Shown: piece by piece, positions 11,203 through 20,944 of the stretch
Numbering within the stretch: the stretch's first letter is position 1
How the letters are laid out: every line of letters begins with the position of its first letter
NCBI GenBank assembly: GCA_963663475.2
Contig: CAXXJV010000001.1
Location: 2,592,001 to 2,656,000 of the forward strand
Origin: Candidatus Cloacimonadales bacterium
GTDB lineage: Bacteria; Cloacimonadota; Cloacimonadia; Cloacimonadales; JAFGVF01
DNA length: 64,000 bases
Direction: 5' to 3'
Notes under the pieces: model-generated
What the model was told of the DNA's origin: nothing
Seen by the model: the letters and a program-made list of their open reading frames with translations, nothing else
The model's database searches: none
Program-made: the position numbers and the translations under genes

Positions 11203-11399
11203 TATGGTTCCTTTGCTAAATAAGATTAAGTTTACTTTTTCACTTAATAATCAACCATACTTCAATGATTGATATGATATTTACATTCTGTTTGATTAAT
11301 TTAATATCTCAAACAATCACACCTACAACTTTTACATGTTAATTTTTCTTTCCAATAATCTGTTTTATGTTTTTTCTCTTAGATTATCATGAAATAGCA

Positions 11400-11603
11400 T
11401 TATTGTTCATCATCTACATAGAATACCTCCCCATCAATAATTACGAGAATTATATCACCATTTTCATTTCTTAAAACAACTTGATAATCAACATTTTCAA
11501 TTTCCGCTAACGTTAAATGTCTATATTCTGTAAATTCTCCTTGACTTGAATATACAGATGTACAAAAAATGACAATTGTAAGAAATAACACGATTTTTTT
11601 CAT
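11400..11603 (-). CDS. Small (67-aa) signal-peptide protein, first gene of module 1
   Basis: GGGAG RBS before MKKIVLFLTIVIFCTSVYS; equivalent position in module 2 (ATG at 20833). Confidence 0.7.
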   Translation of the reverse strand: MKKIVLFLTIVIFCTSVYSSQGEFTEYRHLTLAEIENVDYQVVLRNENGDIILVIIDGEVFYVDDEQ

Positions 11604-11630
11604 TATGTGACTCCCAAATAAATTATTATA

Positions 11631-11670
11631 TATATTAGAGTCAAAAAACATGTTATTTTCGTTGAAAATC
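11631..11670 (-). promoter_or_regulatory. Putative ECF-type promoter GATTTTCAA-N18-TGACTC
   Basis: Bipartite motif conserved with 20861-20901 at the same distance (~35 bp) from the small-gene ATG while the flanks diverge. Confidence 0.5.
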
Positions 11671-11713
11671 TTATATATATATGAGTTACATAATATTACA
11701 AAGGTGCAGTTAA

Positions 11714-12664
11714 ATGAATTTTAATTATGACAAAGTATTAGATTATTCTTTAAAAGTTGCATATAAATACATTAACGATAAAGACAAAGCTCATGATATT
11801 GCTCAGCTAACAGCTATCCAATTATTTGTTAATAGTGACAAGATTGATCCTGAAAAGTTAGACAATTGGTTATATACAGTAACTAAAAACTTCTGTTTTA
11901 AACAATTCAAGATATCTCAGAAAAGTAAGGAATTAATATTTGAACCTTCTTTTTTAGAGAATATCGATATTGATGATTTAGAAAAGGATGAGTACAAATT
12001 TGATTTTTATTCTTATGACTTCATCAAAAATCCTGACCAAAAATTATTACACAAATACTATAACGAACATTATGAGATTAGTCAGTTAGCCCAAGCTTAT
12101 AAGATAAAAAAGAAGAAGTTAAAAAATAAAATATATAACTTAACTCAGGAAATCATCTTATTCAAGAAGATGCACGATCATGTTTTTATTAGTTCAATTT
12201 CAGGAACAAAACTCCATAATGGTATCTATTATTTTCTAAGAAAATTTATCAAGGCCTTAAATGAAAATAAATTAGTTGAATTTTCTAAATCACTTTCTGA
12301 TTGTAAAATAAATGACATTATCAATGATATTCATATTAAAACTCTAAAAAAAATCACTATTGACTTTTGTTCAGAAGAATACTATAAAGGAATAATATTT
12401 TACAGAAATTTTGCTAATGAAATAAAAGTATTTATTTTAAAATTTCAATTAGAGAATGATGCGAAAATTAAGTTAGTTGAATTCCCTATCCTTCCAAAGT
12501 ATGTTGTTTCTCACTCAGCTAATGATATTCCAGAAGAGTTGAAGAGTGCCCAAAAAGTAAATAAGAAAGGTAAAACATCAGTAGATAGACAATTGTTCAA
12601 AGATTTAGTTAAGCTGAATAAAATTAAAATTGTTCAAGATATAGAGGGCATTTTCAAAGATTAA
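11714..12664 (+). CDS. ECF-like sigma-70 family factor with ~160-aa C-terminal extension
   Basis: Region-2-like DKAHDIAQ...DNWLYTVTKNFC and region-4-like HTH ISQLAQAYKIK; paralog at 20945. Confidence 0.7.
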   Translation: MNFNYDKVLDYSLKVAYKYINDKDKAHDIAQLTAIQLFVNSDKIDPEKLDNWLYTVTKNFCFKQFKISQKSKELIFEPSFLENIDIDDLEKDEYKFDFYSYDFIKNPDQKLLHKYYNEHYEISQLAQAYKIKKKKLKNKIYNLTQEIILFKKMHDHVFISSISGTKLHNGIYYFLRKFIKALNENKLVEFSKSLSDCKINDIINDIHIKTLKKITIDFCSEEYYKGIIFYRNFANEIKVFILKFQLENDAKIKLVEFPILPKYVVSHSANDIPEELKSAQKVNKKGKTSVDRQLFKDLVKLNKIKIVQDIEGIFKD

Positions 12665-12760
12665 CACCAACTCTTTTCATCTTTTTTTTGTTGCTTTTAA
12701 TTAAATTGATAAATATTTACTTTAGAGTTGTAGAACAAAATTATTTATCAAGTTGTTAAC

Positions 12761-12847
12761 CTAACCTAATCCTGTTTCTAAGACTGTAGCACTAATACTA
12801 ATACTGATAATTAGCAATATTATTATTAATATATTAAGTTTATACAT
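12761..12847 (-). pseudogene. Truncated sixth beta-helix paralog (MYKLNILIIILLIISISISATVLETGLG*)
   Basis: Preceded by the 110-bp spacer; matches the first 28 codons of P1/P3/P4, then a TAG where Gln occurs in the intact copies; homology ends there. Confidence 0.85.
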
Positions 12848-12956
12848 AAAGTATCCTAGTTCAGAATCATTTTTCATTTTTATCTTTTCATTTTCCTGCG
12901 AGGGCTAATATTGATTAGCCCCTACATTATTGTAATTCGTGAAATTAGTGGATAGA

Positions 12957-15413
12957 TTACTTCATCACACAACATTTAGTTATAACAGAATGCCCTTGTC
13001 TATCATCAGCTTTAATAAAATAAATACCGCTCGAAACATTTTTCCCTCTATTATTCTTTAGATCCCAGTGTAAACTATAGGTTGGATTATCAACTTTTAA
13101 ATTATTATAAAAACTCTGACCTACTCTTAAATCTCTTACTTTCTGGCCTTTTATGTTATACACTCCCACCTTGATATTTTTTGCTTTAGCTCCCGGCAAA
13201 GTAAATTCTATAGTGGTTACTCCTTTTAAGCCACTATTCAGCTGAGCAGGATTAGGATAGATCATGATATTATTTTGCACTGCTTCTATTTCATGATTAG
13301 CATTATTAGCTACAGGACTTCCATATTCGAAACAACCTAAATCTACTGCTGAACCATAGACTCTTTCACAACCATTTAAATCCATAGCAGTCATATAAAA
13401 ACCTGTTGTATCAGGTATTCCTGCATCTATACAAGGTGAGTCTTCAGCTAAGAAATAAGATGACCATAAGCTTTCATCACCTCCTACAAAACCAGGATCT
13501 TCATCAAGCATATTATCTCCCCAATTTAGAATCCATTCCTCATCATAATCTGTTACTAATGCATCTATACCACCTCTTACTAAAGAGTAATCTATATCAA
13601 GAGCTGAGATACCAGGTGTTGGTACTTCAGCTGGGTCCATCAGATAGATTTCGCAAGGGCTATTAGGATTATCAAAAATTGAATTCCTTATTTTAACATC
13701 CCCTCTAATACCCAATATTGGCCAGTTATTTGTATTATTCACTAATGTCATATTATTAACTTTCATTTGGGGTAAGTGTTCTCCTATAAAACCAATTGTT
13801 GTGAAATTCCAATCTAAAGGAGTATAAGAACAATTTGCTACTAATAGATTATTAACTGTTGCAAAATCATTACTTTCATTTTCACTTGCATCACTACCAT
13901 ACTGAAAAGCTCTTCCTCCAGGAATAACAGAGTTAGTTACTGCAATATTTGAGATTCTATAACTGCCTTTATCAAAAGCTATTGGTATAGAGCCAGGCTG
14001 ACCCTCTACCTCCATTGTAACATTAAGACTATCGGCCCAGACATTATGTACCACTCCTTGAGAAGCTGCTATTATAAATCCATGATAGTTATAATTATTT
14101 AAAATGATATCTTCAAGCAATATGTTACTTGAGTAAAAGATAACAAAGACACCATCAGTATGGATATTCTCAACATTAAGATCTTTCATTTCTAAACTCT
14201 CAACATTGTTTGCCCTTACAATCCCAGCCCATCCTGCTCTTGAATATAAGTTCTTACAGCTAAAACCTGATATTGAAATATCACTGTTATCTTCAAGATA
14301 GAAAAAATTACAAATCTGATTTTCTCCGTCTAAGATTGTATCAACTGAGCCAGCTCCGACAAGTTTGGTCCCGCTATCCATACTGATAGGAAATATCTCT
14401 CCAGTGGTATCAGGAGAGTATAATCCTGGAGCTACATGAACAATATTATAATCTCCATTTCCACGAGCTTTTAATAATGAGCTTGCTTTAGAAATTGTCT
14501 TTAGTGCTTGAGCTGGACTCAAGCCTGAGTTATTATCATTGCCAGTAGGAGAAACATATAAATCAGCTTCGATGCGTTCATAAGCTGTTTCATTGTAAGT
14601 AATCTCTCCATCCCATTCTATTACATCTGAAACATAATAGTAGTGAGAGAAATCATCTTCAGGAGCTACTGATATTTTATCAAAATAGAGTCCGTTTAAA
14701 TAAGCAGGATTACTATTTACAGGTTCAATATAAACATCTCTGCCCTTACCAGCACTGTTATTATAAACAGAATTAGGATATGTTTCAGATAATTCTAATT
14801 GGTAATCTATTCCCACACTATAGATACCACCACCAGTACGACCTCCGTTATTATTATAGATTTCACACGCTTTAATACATATGTTTGATTCAAAAATTGC
14901 GATTCCACCTCCTGTTGAAGATGTATTATTAAAAATCTTGCAATATTCGACTGAAGAGAACTCAGAATCAAGGTAGCTATAACCTAGAATATTAATTCCT
15001 CCTCCCTTATAATTTCTACCCTCATTTTCATTAAAATGGTCAGTAAGAGTATTGCCACCAGTTATTGAAAGTCCATATATTTTGATATATTTAAGTTCAG
15101 GGACATATCTATTATGATAAATCTTAAGAACAGTATCCTCATTATTCCCGTCAATGATAGTTGAGTCTATATAAGCTTCATCACCTGTTGTTAGAAATAA
15201 AGACCCTAAGGTAAGACTTTTCTCTAAAACTTCAACATTTTCAATATACCTTCCTGGGTGAACTAAAACTGTGTCATAATCTACTGCTGCATCTACGGCA
15301 GATTGGATGGTGTTGTAAGTAAAATCTTGGCCTAGTCCTACTTCTAATACTGTAGCTGTAATATTAATGCTGGCTATAAGCAATATTATAATTAATATAT
15401 TAAGTTTATACAT
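12957..15413 (-). CDS. Secreted beta-helix/FlgD-Ig CTD protein, paralog P3
   Basis: Colinear with P1. Confidence 0.85.
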   Translation of the reverse strand: MYKLNILIIILLIASINITATVLEVGLGQDFTYNTIQSAVDAAVDYDTVLVHPGRYIENVEVLEKSLTLGSLFLTTGDEAYIDSTIIDGNNEDTVLKIYHNRYVPELKYIKIYGLSITGGNTLTDHFNENEGRNYKGGGINILGYSYLDSEFSSVEYCKIFNNTSSTGGGIAIFESNICIKACEIYNNNGGRTGGGIYSVGIDYQLELSETYPNSVYNNSAGKGRDVYIEPVNSNPAYLNGLYFDKISVAPEDDFSHYYYVSDVIEWDGEITYNETAYERIEADLYVSPTGNDNNSGLSPAQALKTISKASSLLKARGNGDYNIVHVAPGLYSPDTTGEIFPISMDSGTKLVGAGSVDTILDGENQICNFFYLEDNSDISISGFSCKNLYSRAGWAGIVRANNVESLEMKDLNVENIHTDGVFVIFYSSNILLEDIILNNYNYHGFIIAASQGVVHNVWADSLNVTMEVEGQPGSIPIAFDKGSYRISNIAVTNSVIPGGRAFQYGSDASENESNDFATVNNLLVANCSYTPLDWNFTTIGFIGEHLPQMKVNNMTLVNNTNNWPILGIRGDVKIRNSIFDNPNSPCEIYLMDPAEVPTPGISALDIDYSLVRGGIDALVTDYDEEWILNWGDNMLDEDPGFVGGDESLWSSYFLAEDSPCIDAGIPDTTGFYMTAMDLNGCERVYGSAVDLGCFEYGSPVANNANHEIEAVQNNIMIYPNPAQLNSGLKGVTTIEFTLPGAKAKNIKVGVYNIKGQKVRDLRVGQSFYNNLKVDNPTYSLHWDLKNNRGKNVSSGIYFIKADDRQGHSVITKCCVMK

Positions 15414-15532
15414 TAAGTCTCCTAGTTTAGAATCATTTTTAATTTTTATCTTTTCATTTCCCTGGGAGGGCTAATATTGATTAGCCCCCTACATTAGTGT
15501 AATTCGTGAAATTAGTGAAATTAGTGGATAGA

Positions 15533-17983
15533 TTACTTCATCACACAACATTTAGTAATAACAGAATGCCCTTGTCTATCATCAGCTTTAATAAAATAAA
15601 TACCGCTAGAAACATTTTTCCCTCTATTATTCTTTAGGTCCCAGTGTAAACTATAGGTTGGATTATCAGCTTTTAAATTATTATAAAAACTCTGACCTAC
15701 TCTTAAATCTCTTACTTTCTGTCCTTTGAGATTATATACTCCCACTTTGATATCTTTTGCTTTAGCTCCCGGCAAAGTAAATTCTATAGTGGTTACTCCT
15801 TTTAAGCCACTATTCAGCTGTGCTGGATTAGGATAAATCATAATCTTATTTTGCACAGCTTCTATTTCATGATTATCACTATTTCCTACAGGTGCACCAT
15901 ATTCAAAACATCCTAAATCTACTGCTGAGCCATAGACACGCTCACAACCATTTAAGTCCATACTAGCCATATAAAAGCCTGTTGTATCAGGTATTCCTGC
16001 ATCAATACAAGGTGAGTCTTCAGCTAAGAAATAAGATGACCATAAGCTTTCATCACCTCCTACAAAACCAGGATCTTCATCAAGCATATTATCTCCCCAA
16101 TTAAGAATCCATTCCTCATCATAATCTGTTACTAAAGCATCTATCCCACCCCTAACTAAGCTGTAATCTATATCAAGGGCTGAGACACCAGGTGTTGGTA
16201 CTTCAGCTGGGTCCATCAGATAGATTTCATAAGAACTGTTAGGATTATCAAAAATTGAATTCCTTATTTTAACATCCCCTCGAACACCTAATATTGGCCA
16301 GTTATTGGTATTATTCACTAAGGTCATATTATTCACTTTCATTTGGGGTAAGTGTTCTCCTATAAAACCTACTGTTGTGAAATTCCAATCTAGAGGAGTA
16401 TAAGAACAATTTGCTACTAATAGATTATTAACTGTTACAAAGTCATCACTTTCACTTGCATCACTACCATACTGAAAAGCTCTTCCTCCCGGAATGATGG
16501 AGTTTGTTACGGCTATATTGGAGATTCTATAACTACCTTGGTCAATCATAAAAGGCATAGAGCCAGGCTGACCCTCTACTTCCATTGTAACATTAAGACT
16601 ATCTGCCCATATATTATGAACTATACCTTGAGATGCTGCGATTATAAAGCCATCATAATTATAATTTTTTAAATTGATATCTTCAAGCAATATATTACTT
16701 GAGTATAAGATCACAAAGACACCATCAGTATGGATATTCTCAACATTAAGATCTTTCATCTGTAAACTCTCAACATTGTTTGCCCTTACAATTCCTGCCC
16801 AGCCTGCTCTTGAATATAAGTTCTTACAGCTAAATCCAGAGACTGAAATATCTGTATTATCTTCAAGATAGAAAAAATTACAAATCCGATTTTCTCCATC
16901 TAAGATTGTATCAACCGAGCCAGCACCGACAAGTTTTGTCCCTCTATCCATACTTATAGGAAATATCTCACCTGTTGTATCTGGTGAATACAATCCAGGT
17001 GCAACATGGACAATATTATAATCTCCATTAGCTCGAGGTTTTAAGATTGAGCATGCTTTAGAAATAGTCTTCAGTGCTTGAGCTGGACTTAAGCCTGTGT
17101 TATTATCATTGCCAGATGGAGCAACATAAAGATCTGCTTCTATCCTCTCATAGACATATTCATTATAAATTAACTCTCCATCCCATTCTATTACATCTGA
17201 AACATAATAGTAGTGAGAAAAATCACCTTCAGGAGCTACTGAAATTTTATCAAAATAAAGTCCGTTTAAATAAGCAGGATTACTATTTATAGGTTCTATA
17301 TAAACATCTCTGCCCTTACCAGCACTGTTGTTATAAACAGAAGAAGGATATGCTTGAGATAATTCTAATTGGTAATCTATTCCCACACTGTAGATACCTC
17401 CACCAGTACGACCTCCGTTATTATTAAAGATTTCGCAAGCTTTAATACATATATTTGACTCAAAAATTGCAATTCCACCTCCTGTTGAAGATGTATTATT
17501 AAAAATCTTGCAATATTCGACTGATGAAAACTCAGAATCAAGGTAACTATACCCTAGAATATTAATTCCTCCTCCCTTATAATTTCTACCCTCATTTTCA
17601 TTAAAATGGTCAGTCAAGGTGTTACCACCAGTTATTGAAAGTCCATTTACTTTGATATATTTTAATTCAGGAACATATCTATTATGATAAATCTTAAGAA
17701 CAGTATCCTCATCATTCCCATCAATTATAGTTGAGTCTATATATGCTTCATCACCTGTTGTTAGAAATAGAGACCCTAGGGTAAGACTTTTCTCTAAAAC
17801 TTCAACATTTTCAATATATCTTCCGGGGTGAACTAAGACTGTATCATAATCTACCGCTGCATCTACGGCAGATTGGATGGTGTTGTAAGTAAAATCTTGC
17901 CCTAGCCCTACTTCTAATACTGTAGCTGTAATATTAATGCTGGCTATTAGCAATATTATAATTAATATATTAAGTTTATACAT
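15533..17983 (-). CDS. Secreted beta-helix/FlgD-Ig CTD protein, paralog P4
   Basis: Colinear with P1. Confidence 0.85.
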   Translation of the reverse strand: MYKLNILIIILLIASINITATVLEVGLGQDFTYNTIQSAVDAAVDYDTVLVHPGRYIENVEVLEKSLTLGSLFLTTGDEAYIDSTIIDGNDEDTVLKIYHNRYVPELKYIKVNGLSITGGNTLTDHFNENEGRNYKGGGINILGYSYLDSEFSSVEYCKIFNNTSSTGGGIAIFESNICIKACEIFNNNGGRTGGGIYSVGIDYQLELSQAYPSSVYNNSAGKGRDVYIEPINSNPAYLNGLYFDKISVAPEGDFSHYYYVSDVIEWDGELIYNEYVYERIEADLYVAPSGNDNNTGLSPAQALKTISKACSILKPRANGDYNIVHVAPGLYSPDTTGEIFPISMDRGTKLVGAGSVDTILDGENRICNFFYLEDNTDISVSGFSCKNLYSRAGWAGIVRANNVESLQMKDLNVENIHTDGVFVILYSSNILLEDINLKNYNYDGFIIAASQGIVHNIWADSLNVTMEVEGQPGSMPFMIDQGSYRISNIAVTNSIIPGGRAFQYGSDASESDDFVTVNNLLVANCSYTPLDWNFTTVGFIGEHLPQMKVNNMTLVNNTNNWPILGVRGDVKIRNSIFDNPNSSYEIYLMDPAEVPTPGVSALDIDYSLVRGGIDALVTDYDEEWILNWGDNMLDEDPGFVGGDESLWSSYFLAEDSPCIDAGIPDTTGFYMASMDLNGCERVYGSAVDLGCFEYGAPVGNSDNHEIEAVQNKIMIYPNPAQLNSGLKGVTTIEFTLPGAKAKDIKVGVYNLKGQKVRDLRVGQSFYNNLKADNPTYSLHWDLKNNRGKNVSSGIYFIKADDRQGHSVITKCCVMK

Positions 17984-18092
17984 TAAGTCTCCTAGTTCAG
18001 AATCATTTTTAATTTTTATCTTTTCATTTTCCTGCGAGGGCTAATATTGATTAGCCCCTACATTAGTGTAATTCGTGAAATTAGTGGATAGA

Positions 18093-20543
18093 TTACTTCA
18101 TCACACAACATTTAGTAATAACAGAATGCCCTTGTCTATCATCAGCTTTAATAAAATATATACCGCTCGAAACATTTTTCCCTCTATTATTCTTTAGGTC
18201 CCAGTGTAAACTATAGGTTGGATTATCAGCTTTTAAATTATTATAAAAACTCTGACCTACTCTTAAATCTCTTACTTTCTGTCCTTTGAGATTATATACT
18301 CCCACCTTGATATCTTTTGCTTTAGCTCCTGGAAAAGTAAATTCTATAGTGGTTACTCCTTTTAAGCCATTATTAAGCTGAGCTGGATTAGGATAGATCA
18401 TGATATTATTATGTACCACTTCTATATCGTGATTATCACTATTAGGTACCGGAGAACCATATTCAAAACAACCTAAATCTACTGCTGAGCCATAGACTCT
18501 TTCACAACTATTTAAATCCATAGCAGTCATATAAAAACCTGTTGTATCAGGTATTCCTGCATCTATACAAGGGGAGTCTTCAGCTAAGAAATAAGATGAC
18601 CATAAGCTTTCATCACCTCCTACAAAACCAGGATCTTCATCAAGCATATTATCTCCCCAATTTAGAATCCATTCCTCATCATAATCTGTTACTAATGCAT
18701 CTATACCACCTCTTACTAAAGAGTAATCTATATCAAGGGATGAGACACCAGGTGTAGGTACTTCAGCTGGGTCCATCAGATAGATTTCATAAGAGCTATT
18801 TGGATTATCAAAAATTGAATTCCTTATTTTAACATCCCCTCTAATACCCAATATTGGCCAGTTGTTGGTGTTATTTACTAGGGTCATATTATTAACTTTT
18901 ATTTGAGATATGTGCTCTCCAGCAAATGCTACAGTTGTGTAATTCCAATCCAAAGGAGTATAAGAACAGTTTGTAACTAACAGGTTGTTTACCGTTACAA
19001 AGTCATCAGTATCATTGTTTGCATTACCATATTGAAAAGCTCTCCCACCTGGAATAACAGAATTAGTTATGGCAACATTAGATATTCGGTAACTCCCTAT
19101 ATCAATTAATACTGGCATAGAGCTTGGCTGGCCCTCTACCTCCATTGTAACATTAAGACTATCGGCCCAAACATTATGAATAATCCCTTGAGATGCCGCA
19201 ATCACAAATCCATTATAATTGTAATTCTTCAAGAAAATATCTTCAAGCAATATGTTACTTGAGTAAAATATAACTAAAACACCATCAGTATGGATATTCT
19301 CAACATTAAGATCTTTCATTTCTAAACTCTCAACATTGTTTGCCCTTACAATCCCAGCCCAGCCTGCTCTTGAATATAAGTTCTTACAGCTAAAACCTGA
19401 TACTGAAATATCACTGTTATCTTCAAGATAGAAAAAATTACAAATCTGATTTTCTCCGTCTAAGATTGTATCAGCTGAGCCAGCACCGACAAGTTTGGTC
19501 CCTCTATCCATACTGATTGGAAATATCTCTCCAGTGGTATCAGGAGAGTATAATCCTGGAGCTACATGAACAATATTATAATCTCCATTTCCACGAGCTT
19601 TTAAGATTGAACATGCCTTAGAAATAGTCTTTAGTGCTTGAGCTGGACTCAAGCCTGTGTTATTATCATTGCCAGTAGGAGAAACATATAAATCAGCTTC
19701 GATGCGTTCATAAGCTGTTTCATTGTAAGTAATCTCTCCATCCCATTCTATTACATCTGAAACATAATAGTAGTGAGAGAAATCATCTTCAGGAGCTACT
19801 GATATTTTATCAAAATAGAGTCCGTTTAGATAAGCAGGATTACTATTTACAGGTTCAATATAAACATCTCTGCCCTTACCTGCACTGTTATTATAAACAG
19901 AATTAGGATATGCTTGAGATAATTCTAATTGGTAATCTATTCCCACACTGTAGATACCACCACCAAATTGTCCTCCATTGTTATCAAAAATTTCACATCC
20001 TGCAATATCAACATTGGCTTCAGAGATTGCTATTCCACCACCTTGGCTTGAAGTATTATCATATATTTTGCAATATTCGATAATTGAAGCTTGCTGATTT
20101 AGATAGCTGTAACCATTAATTGCAATACCCCCTCCATGTATACTTACCCCCTCTGGCAAGCTATTATGGTTAGTCAAAGTATTACCATTTACTATTGATA
20201 AACCACTTATTCTAAACAACTTAACTGAAGGTAAATACCTATTGTGCTTAAAAAATATAACTCTCCAATGATTATTCCCATCAATTATAGTTGAGTCTAT
20301 ATAAGCTTGAATGCCTGTTATTAGAAATAGAGACCCAAGAGTAAGACTTTTCTCTAAAACTTCTACATTTTCAATATACCTTCCTGGGTGAACTAAAACT
20401 GTATCATAATCTACCGCTGCATCTACGGCAGATTGAATAGTGTTGTAAGTAAAATCTTGCCCTAGTCCTACTTCTAATACTGTAGCTGTAATATTAATGC
20501 TGGCTATTAGCAATATTAGCATTAATATGTTTATTTTATACAT
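18093..20543 (-). CDS. Secreted beta-helix/FlgD-Ig CTD protein, paralog P5
   Basis: Colinear with P1; N-terminal half nearly identical to P2. Confidence 0.85.
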   Translation of the reverse strand: MYKINILMLILLIASINITATVLEVGLGQDFTYNTIQSAVDAAVDYDTVLVHPGRYIENVEVLEKSLTLGSLFLITGIQAYIDSTIIDGNNHWRVIFFKHNRYLPSVKLFRISGLSIVNGNTLTNHNSLPEGVSIHGGGIAINGYSYLNQQASIIEYCKIYDNTSSQGGGIAISEANVDIAGCEIFDNNGGQFGGGIYSVGIDYQLELSQAYPNSVYNNSAGKGRDVYIEPVNSNPAYLNGLYFDKISVAPEDDFSHYYYVSDVIEWDGEITYNETAYERIEADLYVSPTGNDNNTGLSPAQALKTISKACSILKARGNGDYNIVHVAPGLYSPDTTGEIFPISMDRGTKLVGAGSADTILDGENQICNFFYLEDNSDISVSGFSCKNLYSRAGWAGIVRANNVESLEMKDLNVENIHTDGVLVIFYSSNILLEDIFLKNYNYNGFVIAASQGIIHNVWADSLNVTMEVEGQPSSMPVLIDIGSYRISNVAITNSVIPGGRAFQYGNANNDTDDFVTVNNLLVTNCSYTPLDWNYTTVAFAGEHISQIKVNNMTLVNNTNNWPILGIRGDVKIRNSIFDNPNSSYEIYLMDPAEVPTPGVSSLDIDYSLVRGGIDALVTDYDEEWILNWGDNMLDEDPGFVGGDESLWSSYFLAEDSPCIDAGIPDTTGFYMTAMDLNSCERVYGSAVDLGCFEYGSPVPNSDNHDIEVVHNNIMIYPNPAQLNNGLKGVTTIEFTFPGAKAKDIKVGVYNLKGQKVRDLRVGQSFYNNLKADNPTYSLHWDLKNNRGKNVSSGIYFIKADDRQGHSVITKCCVMK

Positions 20544-20628
20544 GAGGTCTCCTATTTATTAAAATGAATACAGAGAGAGGACATCCTCCCTCTGTATTAT
20601 ACTATTGATTAATTACTTTTTCTGTCAA

Positions 20629-20652
20629 CTATTTCATGAGAATCATTTTCTC
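20629..20652 (-). pseudogene. 3' remnant (EKMILMK*) of the 1556-aa gene
   Basis: 20544-20652 is identical to 6447-6555, including the last 24 nt of the large gene. Confidence 0.85.
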
Positions 20653-20758
20653 TCAGTCTCAAGTCCCTTACCCGCGGTTGAGGAACCCCAGTCTGCTTGA
20701 GAGGGGGATTGTTCTCAGTCCAAAGTCCCTTACCTGCGGTTGAGGAACTCCGGTCTGT
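20651..20758. repeat. REP-like doublet CTCAGTC..AAGTCCCTTACC.GCGGTTGAGGAAC..C.GTCTG
   Basis: Two tandem units; same family at 49933-49978 and degenerate near 26465-26505 and 49771-49800. Confidence 0.8.
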
Positions 20759-20833
20759 TTGATAAAACTCTTGACTAAATACTTTGATCTTACATATTAA
20801 TATCAGTAGTAAGATAATAATTTTCCATTTCAT
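20759..20833 (-). pseudogene. 5' part of small signal-peptide gene of module 2 (MKWKIIILLLILICKIKVFSQEFYQ), interrupted by the REP doublet
   Basis: AGGAG RBS; same position relative to the sigma gene and promoter motif as 11400-11603; the rest of ORF 20609-20833 is translated repeat DNA. Confidence 0.65.
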
Positions 20834-20860
20834 AATTTGCTCCTAAAAACTAACTTCTCT

Positions 20861-20901
20861 ACTAATATGGAGTCAGAAATGGAATTATCTCATTGAAAAT
20901 C
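20861..20901 (-). promoter_or_regulatory. Putative ECF-type promoter GATTTTCAA-N17-TGACTC
   Basis: Conserved with 11631-11670. Confidence 0.5.
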
Positions 20902-20944
20902 TCATAATTGCTTATACTTAAATGCTTTACAGAGGTGTAGTCTA

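Noticed and set aside
12751-12769. DtxR/IdeR-box-like sequence (TTAGGTTAGGTTAACAACT on the minus strand)
   Set aside because: Only part of the palindrome matches, it overlaps the GLG* codons of the truncated paralog, and it lies between convergent genes, not in a promoter
1438-20543. Diversity-generating retroelement or invertase shufflon explaining paralog variation
   Set aside because: No reverse transcriptase or site-specific recombinase nearby; all copies are co-oriented; differences are not adenine-specific
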